Source: Klebsormidium nitens
Lineage: Eukaryota > Plantae > Klebsormidiophyceae
Direction of reading: 5' to 3'
Assembly: GCA_000708835.1 (NCBI GenBank)
Contig: DF237078.1
Location: 117,143 to 181,142 of the forward strand
Length of the DNA: 64,000 nucleotides
Of this stretch, positions 1-11,000 are shown in pieces. Made by a program: the position numbers and the translations under genes. The notes below the pieces were generated by a model. The model ran no database searches and was not told where the DNA came from. It was given only the letters and a program-made list of their open reading frames with translations. Positions within the stretch are counted from its first letter, which is position 1; every line of letters starts with the position of its first letter.

Positions 1-216
1 TAAAATCCAGACAGTCCATTCACAGCCCCAGCTGATCCTGCCACTTGATGCACTGGACAACAATCCAATTGCACCATTCTGCTCCTACCAGATGCTTCTT
101 CCGTCAATTGTCACATTCAGGGGCATTGAGCTGGCCAGAATCGTTTCCTACTTATTCGCTCCTCAGCTGCACTTTGCCTAAAGTCCTTCGAAACGGGGGG
201 ATCCTTTGCCCCTCAC

Positions 217-1432
217 CTTCTTCCCCAGATGTGCTCCCAACGCCTGGCACAGCCCCACTGTTGTGGTCGACTTGCCCTCGCCTAGTGGAGTTGGGGTGAT
301 TCCCCCCACTACAACATAGAAGCCATCTGGCTTGCCCTTCAGCTTCTCCCGCACATTGATGAGCACCTGTGCAGCAATGGAAGGCATTCTCTGTATCTAC
401 GTTACATATGGACTCTGTCGATCGTGCGAAATCGTGTTCCTAACACATTGCTTGGATAACGACATGATGTGTGTGCGCTTTGAGGATGGGCGGAACTTCG
501 AGAGTGGATAGATTGGTCACACCAGCAGCTTGTATTGAGCTTCCGGTGAAGTCAAGATAGGGCCAGCCTGCCAAAGCTCAACTCCTCGGATCCTGTTTCA
601 CATGGAAGGTTGCAACTGCCTGAAAGGCTAATGCGATTCATGCGGTGTCTGTCAAAACTAGGAATGAGCATGAGAAAGGTCAAACCAGAGTATAAAGAAC
701 TTAACAAAGGAATGCAATCTGTGCAAGAACCAAAGGAATCTGGCTGTTGCTCCTCAAAGCAGCTGAGCTTGTTTTTTACCACCATAACAGCAGGGATATC
801 CGCTCACAGGCGTTTCTGGATGTACAAACGCTTTTACGGCGTTCTTGAGCACTTTGCAACTCAAAGACACAGATTGATACGAGAATAGCCTTCTGGCGTC
901 AAGCTTGCTTAAAGTCTTCCAGACTCTGTTCACTGCAACGTGTTGTATCACCAACGTGGCGTACTCTAAAGACCATCTGGAATCATACCATTCAATCTGC
1001 AAGGGTCTGATGCTGAGCAGAAAGGCACCCTTGGGGGAAAAGTCGGAAACGAGCACCTAATCAAGGATCAAAGCTGGCCGGAAAACACAATGGAGCTCCA
1101 CTAATTTGTCCATCTGTATCATCCAGATTATGAGATTACAAGAGCGCTCAACAACTGCCGCAAGCTCCACGTCTCAACCAAAGCAACAATGTGCCATTCA
1201 TATGATGCTCGCATGCAACATAATTTAAACCCTAATCTGCCTTCCTCACCTTGGCCTTCTTCTTCCCATACAGGTCGTAGTCCTCTGGCTCAAGACCCAC
1301 CGCTTTTGCCACCTCCTCAATGTTCAGCGGCTTCACGGACTGCGCAATCACATAGTCCGGAGGGACGGGCGTCGCAATGTTTTCCAACTTCCGAGCTGTT
1401 GAGGCGCCAACGTCAGCAGCTGCAGTCGCCAT
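217..1432 (-). CDS. FTHFS: Formate--tetrahydrofolate ligase (10-formyl-THF synthetase), 5' part; gene runs off the left edge
   Basis: Exon 1 is 1432-1250 (ATG to KAK, donor GTGAGG). Exon 2 is 366-217 (CAG acceptor, GTGAGG donor), phase 0. The product [20 protein letters not shown]|[34 protein letters not shown] carries the FTHFS N-terminal ATP-binding signature. Confidence 0.96.
1227..1235. promoter_or_regulatory. Telo-box (AAACCCTAA) near the 5' end of FTHFS intron 1
   Basis: Exact AAACCCTAA about 15 nt inside the first intron. This is a known plant 5'-region element, but function here is not shown. Confidence 0.35.
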
Positions 1433-1836
1433 CCTGCGCAGCTGGTTGAAGAGTGGGCGGAGAATGGTGGGCGCTGATTTGATCTAGGCCAGTTTTCCAA
1501 TGGGGTTTTGCCTGCAGCCTTTTGTTGACAAGCGCAATACTGCTGGCAATAGAGTGTGTCAATGGTATGGGGGCTTGCGCACCTATCAAACACAGCCTGA
1601 GTCAGCTCATTATATATACAAGGCGCTCTGCTCGGTGCTCATGAGATGCGCTCTGCACGAGTGGATTCTCAACTGTTTTCAAGTTTTCTTCTCCAGACTC
1701 CAGACTCCAGAGTCCAATGCCACTATGGCATGTGCATCATGCAGGGAGAAATTCCAATTATTGCTAGAATTTACTACATGGCCGGGCATGCTTGCCACCA
1801 ACTTTCACCGGTGCCGGCTGTCTACCGGCCCACCTA

Positions 1837-2588
1837 CCGTAGCGGAACCCAAACCGGACCGGCCCCCCAAAGTGGTCCGATGGTTTCCAAAAGTGGACCC
1901 CGCTGGCAAATCAAAGTTGGAGTACGACGCCGAGACCAAGCCGCTACTTGATCGTGGACTGAATGCTTACGCTGCAGCTCAAATCCACGCTGGTTAGCGA
2001 ACCCCTTTCCAGCAACCCTTAATCGAAGAAAACTAAGTTAGGATAGGCTGTTAAGGGTTAACCTGGCACAGCTGGACGTCCAGCAGGACTCTCAACCACG
2101 ATATATTGCTTAATTCCCCACAGCATTTATCCAGATTATACATTCACAGAAACCCAAGGAAAACCTCACTTTTGGCCGAGAAAATGCCAGGGTTATGCAC
2201 TGTCAATGCAACCTTTGCCAGACAACCCCAATTGTTAAGCCCATGTGCTGATTTAACCCTTTCATTGACCAGTGCCAAAGTTGCCCCGGGTGTACCCGGT
2301 AGACGGCGCTTTTGTTATCTTGACCAGTCTGCAATGTAGGCGGGTCCACTTTAGGGCCCCTACCAAAATGTAAAACTTGATCCGGTGGGTCAGGCACCCA
2401 ACCTGGTTTTGCTAACCATACACTTTTTCGCATCCAACCAACTTTTAAACCACTCAAATCGGCACGTAGGCCACACTTTTCTCTCTCATATGCAAAAAAC
2501 AGAACGGAAAACGGCCAATTTTGGACCATTTTAGCGCCTGCACCAAATGTGCAAAATACTGAGGGGTCCGGTTTCGGGTCCGCTACGG
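1837..2588. mobile_element. 752-bp MITE with TA target-site duplication (Tc1/mariner/pogo-type ends)
   Basis: TA|CCGTAGCGGAACCCAAACCGGACC ... GGTCCGGTTTCGGGTCCGCTACGG|TA gives imperfect TIRs of about 25-30 bp flanked by TA at 1835-36 and 2589-90. A further inverted pair, AAAGTGGACCC(C)GC, lies inside. No transposase ORF. Confidence 0.8.
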
Positions 2589-2640
2589 TACACTTCTACC
2601 GGCTGGCCACAGTGCACACAGGCTGAAGCACCGGACGCCA

Positions 2641-2820
2641 TCCCGATCGATGTAGGTAGTGAACAGTAACAGCCAGTGAACAGTAACGGAGACGGGTAGG
2701 GTTGGTTAGGGGGTTAGGGTGGTTACGGGTGCGGAGCGGGTGTTTCCTTAGGTTAGGGTTTTTAGTAACCCCAAAATGCTTACTGTTCACTGGGCTTGCT
2801 GTTCACTGGATCGAGAAATA
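2641..2820. mobile_element. ~180-bp palindromic MITE-like repeat with a degenerate telomere-like core (copy 1)
   Basis: Two AGTGAACAG(T/C)AA motifs at each end in inverted orientation, around a GGTTAGGG-rich centre. A diverged reverse-complement copy lies at 48301-48461. Confidence 0.75.
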
Positions 2821-3710
2821 CCCGCACGCCGGTTTTGCCTAGGCGCCCAGCATTTTCTGCCGGCTGTCCAGCCGGTGGGGTGCCTTATGCACCGGTGCAT
2901 CCATCATTTCTGCCGGCCAGGTCCAGCTTCAACACCGGTTCGTGGCAAGCACTGATTTAATTTTAATTTCTGATTCTGGTTCGCGTAGACCCTTCATATA
3001 ATACATATGCCAAGAGACATGCTCTGCATGGGGCATGGGCTATTAAGTATACGTATACCTTTTCATTTCGCTTTGTCACTTCTGGAAACAGTGGAAGTTG
3101 TCTGCAGTGCAGCCAGAAGGGGTGCAAGTACGTGAAGAACGTGGGTGCACAATTGAGGCTCACGGGAGGCGCTTAGTATTCAGTGTGCCGCCACAGTCAT
3201 TGAGATTCACTAGAATCAATGCTAAAGCAGGCCGACGGTGCCTACCGGTAGATCTAATGCTTCCGGGTTGCATGTTACATCAATCAGGTAAAAATCTTGA
3301 AATGCACCTTTGAGTACTCTTGCAGATGACGACGTGCAAACATCATCATGTCGCTTCCAAATTTTGCACGGAACCCCAGATCGAGGATTTATCAGAAGGT
3401 GTGTATGTTGAATAAAGAATGTTGGTATGTCCTTAATGCTAGACTGCAATCAATACCTAGTGTGTTCTACTACAAATAGTATTGACAAACATCACATGAA
3501 CAACGCTGGGGGGCCTGAGTACCGTCCGAGCAAGTGCCTCAGGCCATCAACGCCGATCTTGATCTTTACAGTTTTCTCTGAATAACTTATTAATCCGCTG
3601 TGCTTCCAAGTCCGTAAAGGCCACTACGTGCAACCTCAAATGCAGTCCACTGTTCCAAAAGCCCCCTGTTAACACCGCCTGCTTGCCCATCCTTGCCCAC
3701 CCTGTCATTC

Positions 3711-6700
3711 CTATGCAGCTCGTACGGACAGCGCGCTCAAAAAAGGTGGCCGTTTGGAAGGAGGCAATGTCGGCAGGAGCTGTATTCTAAGCACCCCTTC
3801 CGTCACCGTCACTTTCTTCACAACCGGCTCGATTGCCGTGTAGAGGGCACCCCCCGCAGCCGCCAAAGGGTCAACATTGGGCGCCAGGACTACTCCGTTA
3901 TATGCTATGTGGAAAACGCGATCGCCCAACACTACTGTCCTATCCAGCTCCGCAAAATAGCTGGTCACGTTATAGAAACCGTTGGGCAGATTGATCGAAA
4001 ACCCAACGCCTCCGTACCTGCGCGTGACAACCGACAAGCAAGATTAAAATCGACGAAACTGCTGCTCCTCAGAAGCAGAGAAAGGAACAGCAAGATGAGA
4101 TTGGCAGAAGAGTCGAGGAAGACGCCAGGTGTGTACTAAGACAAGGCCGTCAAAACAAACGGAAAGTGCTATGATGCATTAAGAGACGAGGGAAAAGAGC
4201 AAAAGTCACCCGCAAAAGATACACGCGCTTGCCAGCGGCTCGCATGCAAATCTCCAGGTTGCAGCCGTTCACGAAACATTACGATCGTTCCCTTATGCCT
4301 CATCAAATGGCTGGATCGACTTCGAACAAAATCAAACAAGGAAAACAAGAACCCACATGCAGACATTGAAACTCTCTTCGACGGTTCGTGCACATTCCCT
4401 CACCTTGCCGTCTGATACAACGTGGCATCCGTCGTGTTTGCAATCGGTGCATTTGCCGGGACCCGGTACAGCCCCCCCTCAATGTCCCCGGAATTCGACC
4501 AGCAAAACGGCCTCCCGACCGGTACTACCCCCGTCCCGTTCTGGCCCCCGACCAGGCAGGGCGTCACGTCCGCCGCAAAGTTCATCCCCATGCTCGTTGA
4601 CGTGTAGTTCGCATCCGGTTCACCGATGTCGATCGCCAGCAAGACCCCGGAGTTGGGGGCAGGGGCGGGCGCGGGAACTGGAGCGGGCCGGGGCGCGAGT
4701 TTTGGCGCTGGCGCAGGCGCGGGCGCAGGGGAAGGGAACCGGGAGAGAGGGGCCGGGACGGGAGCGAAGGGTAGCACGGGCGCTGCCGCGGGGCCTTGTA
4801 AGAGGGACGGGCCGGTGGGAATGCTCGGCCGAACGTAGAGACCGTTGATGAGGGCGTTGTCGGAGAAACGGATTGTGACGACGCCGGAGGTGACAACTGC
4901 GGGGGCGGTCAAAATGATGGGCGTGATCACGCCGCCAGTTAGGCCGACGATGTCGACGGCGCTGTAGACTTGCTGGCCCTGGAAAGGAGACGAAGAGACT
5001 CTGAGAGACCAGAATTCCAGGAAGGGAACTTGCCAGCTGGATCCTCCTTCATAGTTCAATTAACCTTTCCCTCCGACAACGTGCAACGGGTTGAACAAGA
5101 ATTTGGGGGAGGCAACGGCGGCAGCTCAAGTCCTTTCTCTCACCAAGGAGCCGACAATGGGAAGGACAGCCTCAGTGGATTGAAGTCCAGCGAGGCAAGA
5201 GTAAGGAGCAAACGTAGAAACAACAGCTCGGTTCAAGGTACCATCGTTCCAGTCACAAACCGCATGTGAAGCTCTGCGGTAATTTCTTGAAACAGACTTC
5301 GCCAGCTGGCCAGACGAAGTCCTGAGAAGACCCTCAAGCCCAGGCTTTCAGCAAAGACTCAGATCCCCTGCCTTTTTTTGGAGCTTAAATCCAGCACCTT
5401 CGAAGCAAAATGAAAATCTTGGCGGTATTCCCTGCTTTTACTTCCCAACTCAGATTGAAATCTTCGAAGCAGTCTGAAAACTTCAGGGCAATGCAACAGA
5501 TTCCTAAAAGCTGCCTCCTCTTGGCCGTCACAGAATTTGACAACGCTCTGAGGCTGTCACTGTTTAGAGCGTCAAACAACCATCTAAGAGTCGTCCCCTC
5601 TTCACCATGATAGTCGGTGTCTAACCAGCAAACCTGAAAACATTACCAGTACCTAACCAGCAGTACAAAGCAACTTTTGTTTGTGACCAGAGATGCCAAA
5701 TAACCGACCATTTCTATCAGCCACACCAGACGACCCACACTTCAGAGTAGCCAACAAGCAAGAACGTTCTCTGACCAGCACCTCCATACACCCCACCCTC
5801 CTCACCTGCACCGCGATGCTAAACACGCGCTCCCCCGCCTTCTTGTCCTCGATCTCCGCCAACCGGAACTCCACCACATAGTACCCATTCGGCACAGGGA
5901 TGGTATATACAGAGGCTCCTATGCGGGCGCTGACGTAGAGGAAGTCGTCCCACAGATTGAGGTACGGCAGAAACACTTGGTACGGCTGCGTCACCAGGGC
6001 AGTGCCCCCGGAGAAGTACGTGTCTGTCGTGTAGATCACGCCCGTGCCCGCGAGAATGTCCAGGGGGGACCCACAGTTGATGGCGACCTGGGTGTTGGTG
6101 GAACTGGAGAGGGCAAGATTCGTTGTCAACAACAGGGGATGTGCAGTGACGTCAGGCTGACGGACACGAGTGTGTGAGGGGTGTACAGTCCTATAGGCGC
6201 AGCCAGCCAGTAACTCTCACTAACTTCTTCAAAGGCAGTAACTGATTGCAAGCAACAAGTGTGAACGAGTACGTTGATGGCAACATCAAGTGCAGAGTGG
6301 TCGGAGTCACCCCATGTCGAGCGAGACAGAGGGAGGCACAACCTTACCGACGCTCTGTAGAACTTTGCATCCCACAGCTTAAGCATTCCCCTTTGCATCT
6401 TTCCCTGCCGGGCCTGTCGCCTCATCACCGTTGCATCCTCCTCACCTCGTCAGCGGATACACGTTGATCCCAGAGATCACCACCGTCCCCTGTGTCGCCA
6501 CAAACTGGATCCTTAGCAGCCCGTTCGGCACGTGCGCCGCGGCCGCCACGACCAGCGCCACGTTCTGCCCCTTTGCATTCGCGAAGATATCCAAGTTCCT
6601 GAACACCGGAACCGTCTGCATGTATACGTCCATCTTGCGCTGCCCCGCTGACGAGTACTGCGGCTCGACAAAGGAGAACTCGACCGTGTAGTCGCCGTTG

Positions 6701-8072
6701 GGAAGATTGAGATAGTAAACCACGTTCGCGCCAGTGCGGTAGGTTTGGAAATAAGTTGGGAGGGTGGTTCCGGTGGTTGCTACGGGAGAGGCCGCGGCGG
6801 TGCCCCCCTGGTAATACGCGTCAGCGCTGCTGCCGCTATCAATCCTTATCTGAGAAGGGGAAAGGGGAAGGGTATAATGTTCATCCTTTCAGGCTTTTCA
6901 ATAGTGACAGTAGGAGTTGGCCCTTTGACACTCAGGAGGGTGTCTGTCGCTGCAATCCAGATGTTGTACGATTTGACGATGTCGACACTGACTGTTTGGA
7001 GATTACATCATGGCGACCGCATCATTGCGACCGCTGATCTAGAACAACCGGGCAAAGCTCCAAAGAAACAGCGCTTTGGGTACACTGAAATTTTGTGAAG
7101 ATGAGACCATGATGAGACCAGTCTTCCGGACAAACTGAACATCCATGCAAAACAAGCCCAAGAAACCCTCCAGAATGACACCAGGCCGATCCCCTGGTGG
7201 TTGTGCTGTTGAACAAACACAACCCGGCGCTGAATGCCGCCCAGTCCTTAGCTTGTCTATCAAAGAAAGGCTGAGGATTTTATTAAGTCGGTCGGCAGTC
7301 AAGCTGACAACCGAAGCTCACATCCCCAGATAGCGACAAGGTCTGCCTGGCCCGACCCCCATGCAAAACCATCATTTTGTGTTGGCCTCACCTGGGAGGG
7401 TGGCGGGTACAGCAGGCTGCCAGGGTTGGACCCGTCCCTGCTGGCACTGGCCGGGAAGACCTTGATCGCGCACACCTGCGCCTCGTAAACCTGCGAGTTC
7501 ATGTAAATCTCCAGGAGGCTGTTGGTGACAGTCGCAGAATACTGCTTCACGAGGGCCGTGTTCCACGCCCCTGCTTGCGCCACGATGTCAAAGCGGTCTT
7601 CCACCTGGACCCCCTGAACTAGAATGTAGAACTGGCGCTGCCCGCGCTGCTGGTACAGGCACTCAGCAAAGTGCATCTCGACGGTGTACGCGCCGTTCGG
7701 GAGATTGAACTCGTAGTACAGATCTAAACCATAACGCTCCGTCTGATACAGCTTGGGGTCCTTGGTGTTTGCGATTGGGACGTCGTAGTAGTCCGTCACA
7801 TGGTTCGATGTTCCCTGATAGTACGCGTCTGCCAAGTACTGCGTGCCATCACTGGCGGTGTACGAGTTATTGCCCTGGTAGTCCGGGCCCAAGCCGTAGC
7901 TCACACTCCCATAGTAGCTCGGAAGATTCACATTTTTGGCACTCGTCAGCCCTCCGCAATTAAGCGCAATATACTGCGCTGTACTAGATGCAAACCAGGA
8001 GCTCAAGAGAAGAGCTGCAAGGGCAAAAGGACGGCGTAGCGAACGGGCTGCCTGCCCGCCGCTGTGCCCCAT
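3711..8072 (-). CDS. Secreted protein with four malectin domains and a Pro/Ala-rich linker (~774 aa)
   Basis: Exons 8072-7392, 6849-6446, (6354-6348 or an alternative acceptor at 6190), 6156-5806, 4978-4404 and 4017-3711, all GT-AG and phase-consistent. Signal-peptide-like N-terminus (FALAALLLSSWFASSTA/Q). Four repeats of the malectin pattern (LYQT.RY..L.Y...LPNG.Y.V...FAE....G.R.F.I.VQG......DI). (PA)n linker in exon 4978-4404. No transmembrane segment or kinase. Confidence 0.88.
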
Positions 8073-9908
8073 CTGCAAGGAGACCAGGCGTCGAACAAAC
8101 TAGATGCTTGCGAATCTTCCTACAGTTTGACACAGACCAGGTGATACTGTCCCGCAGCTTCCACTATTCCACACCCGCCAGCACGATGCTTCACACCCTG
8201 CCCATTTCACACCCTGCCCATTCAGCAGCCCGCCCTTTGATGCGGACTTACAAGTTGAAACCTTTGCGCAAGAGAACGCCGCTACAAGAAATACGCAAGG
8301 CATGCATCTCCTGAAAACACGTGCACTCGGCGCCAGCAACTGTCTAGATTTCAACCCTTCTCTTTGTGCCAAAGATCGTGCTCTCCGCGAATCCCAAAAG
8401 CCAGTGTCTCCTGCGTTGCCGCCCTCACCTTGACAATGACATCAACATCCTTCACGAGCTTTTAGAGCGTGTGCACGTTCTTCGCCAGCTGGGCTGAGCT
8501 GGCGTGGAATTTCGTCAGAACTGAGATGCCGTGTCAACGGTCACATTGACCAAGGACCGGCCGTCATAATGCCGGGGGTTGGATGCCACCCGGGGGTTGG
8601 ACTTACCGCCTCAGAGGATCAGACGGGGCATCACTCCCGGGCAAAATGCCTTACCAAAGTCTCAGCCTAATGGGCCGCCATCCGTGCCCGAGGCTTTGCT
8701 GACCGGCCAATTGCAGGCCCTCGGTAGGTTTGGTCCGGGTGGCACGGGTTAAAATCAACGGTAAAGTCGGTCCCCGTCTATCCATGGTGACACTCGGGGG
8801 ATTACCCAGGGGTGTCAAGCGGCGAGAGCATGCACACTGCCACCTCAGACTTGCAGATTGCTGCATGAGTCAAATGTAGTCACTAGTCCTAGGCATCGTA
8901 GAAGGGGGCGAAAAGGAAAACGCTTTCCACTTTTCAGAAAAATGCGAAAACCCGTCAGTGTGGAGGCATCCCAGATCGGACGGTCAGATGCTTGCACATT
9001 CATGTTAATGAACGGTAGCAAAATAAGAAAGCCGCCAGGCTAATCCATCGACGGTGGAAGCTGAATCTGCGGCCTTTTAGCCTTTTAGACTTTTACGTTT
9101 CTATTGAACGCTTACTAAACGTGGTTCGTAGCTTCAATAGAACTATGACGCCACCGGCTAACATTTGATAGCTAACGTGCACATCATGTGTAGATGTGTG
9201 TAGGGTCATGGTTTCATGCAAAATGGGCGTTTCTATAACTGTTAGTACCCGGGTAGACTTGAACTTATGCTTTGGACGTTTGGCGTAAATTTCACGTCCA
9301 AGCCACTGCTGCACTGCCACTGCTGTGCAGTGGCTTATAGAGTTTCAGAGTTTACACATGCAGACGAACGGGAGACGAACTAGGAACAATGCAGCCGCCC
9401 TGCAGCCGCGAGTAACCATGCCGGGGGCTATGTAGAATGCGTGCGTTGCAGACCACAATGAAAGGAAAGTTGCGCAAATTTGATCTGAAAATTTCTGTGT
9501 TCCGATTGTTCTGAAGCTGCCAGATGCGGCATCATTGGAATGTTTGTTGATGAAACTTGAAGCTCCATTGCGATCGATTAAGCGAACACATCCGAGCACT
9601 CGTATTTTAGCAACGTTGTCAACGAGGAGCCATGCAGCTTCCATACGCAACTTCTTCATAACACTAACCAAGTATAGCATAGCGATTGGAGAAACCTAAA
9701 GAGCTTTCTCAATCAAGAGGACCAATTTGCGGTGGCTAAGTTTGTCCATTTGTGCACGTTAAGACGCGCAGAGGTTTGAAGTAGGACAGTCGTCGACTAA
9801 GCCTGTCATGGCTCCGAACCGACGTTAATAAACAATTAACAATTAACAATTATAGAGGCGATCACCTTAATTATTTGGCTCGCTTGTACAAGATCACAAG
9901 CTCACGAC

Positions 9909-10415
9909 CCCGGGGTGGCAACTCTTGTTTTAAAAGAAGAAATGTTTTGAAATGCTCATGGAGTAAAACTCCAACATGCGAATCTCCATTTGTGTTTCAT
10001 ATGTTATGGCTAGATCCGTCTCGTCGAGAGAAGCCCAAAGAACTTCTTGTTTTGAAAAACGGACCCCCCCTTCGTTTTAAAAACACCTTCAAAACGCTTT
10101 AAAACGTTTAAAACATTGCCAGGATATGGTCGTGCAAGAATACCTAGGCTTTGGAATGTTTTAAAAACAGCAAATGAAGTAAAACGTTTTAAAACTTCCA
10201 TAACCATTCAAAACTTGACAAACTCGTCAAACTCGAGGGAATTTTAGGCGGCCTGCGCATGACCAAGTGTGTTTCGACCATAAAAACATAAATAAAACGG
10301 AGTATAGCCGGATTTAAAACGTTTTAAAACGTTTTGAAAACAGCCCAGGGAAGAAATTCTAGATGTTTTACTTTGACCATGTAACATGTTTTAAAAAAGG
10401 AGTTGCCACCCCGTG
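9909..10415. mobile_element. ~507-bp hAT-like MITE with intact target-site duplication
   Basis: TIRs CGGGGTGGCAACTCTTGTTTTAAAA / TTTTAAAAAAGGAGTTGCCACCCCG match at 23/25. The direct repeat CTCACGAC flanks both ends (9901-9908 and 10416-10423; extendable to 9-10 bp). The AT-rich interior has many TTTTAAAACGTTT sub-terminal motifs. Confidence 0.88.
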
Positions 10416-11000
10416 CTCACGACCATAAAGCATTATTGAGCATTTACCGTTTTTGTCTCAAGACTCGCTCGCACAACAGCTCTAACCCTATGCCGCCAGC
10501 ATGAGGTCTAGCTGGACCGAGGCTGGACCCTGCCATCACTATTTGCTTGAACTTCTTTCCTCCGTGGTAACAACAAGGCAACTTCAACCTGTCACCTTGT
10601 CGGAAGTTGGTTGGGCCTAATGTTGTATTGTTAGTGAGAGAGGGGATCTGCAAGGCAGAAACATGTGCCGAAGCAACACAGCTTTCCCGAAGCCCACATA
10701 CACATATACGTGCTGAGAAGCCTATGGTCGCCTTTGACTATCATCATGGTGTAGTAAACATTTCAAACTAGAGGGGCAGACCATCATCTCGTACATACTC
10801 CGTGTTCGGCTTGGCAGCTCACAATCAGGAGCATGCTACTTGTTTGTCACGCTAGTTGGATGAAGGAAATCATTGAACACGACTAGATGGTGCATTTCGA
10901 CAGTCTTATTATCGAACGCCATCCAAACAAAAAGCTCACATGCGTCAATGATCGCCATAAGAAGAAATGCACATATGCCGACATGTTTTTTGGTTTTTGC

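Larger units (their letters stand above)
1787..2954. mobile_element. Older outer non-autonomous DNA element hosting two nested insertions
   Basis: TGCTTGCCAC (1789-1798) and GTGGCAAGCA (2942-2951) are inverted repeats; the right end reads CAGTGCTTGCCAC on the - strand. CCGG-rich sub-terminal motifs lie on both sides of the inner elements. No clear TSD. Confidence 0.45.

Noticed and set aside
9101-9336. Run of small hairpins (8-10-bp stems) suggesting a structured ncRNA
   Set aside because: The stems are short, there are no Pol III or snoRNA boxes, and no family is recognisable; this is compatible with chance or a decayed repeat.
754-10653. Similar peptides PCCYGGKK (FTHFS intron) and PCCYHGGKK (10444-10653 ORF)
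   Set aside because: The similarity does not extend beyond about 8 codons, and both lie in non-coding context; probably coincidence.
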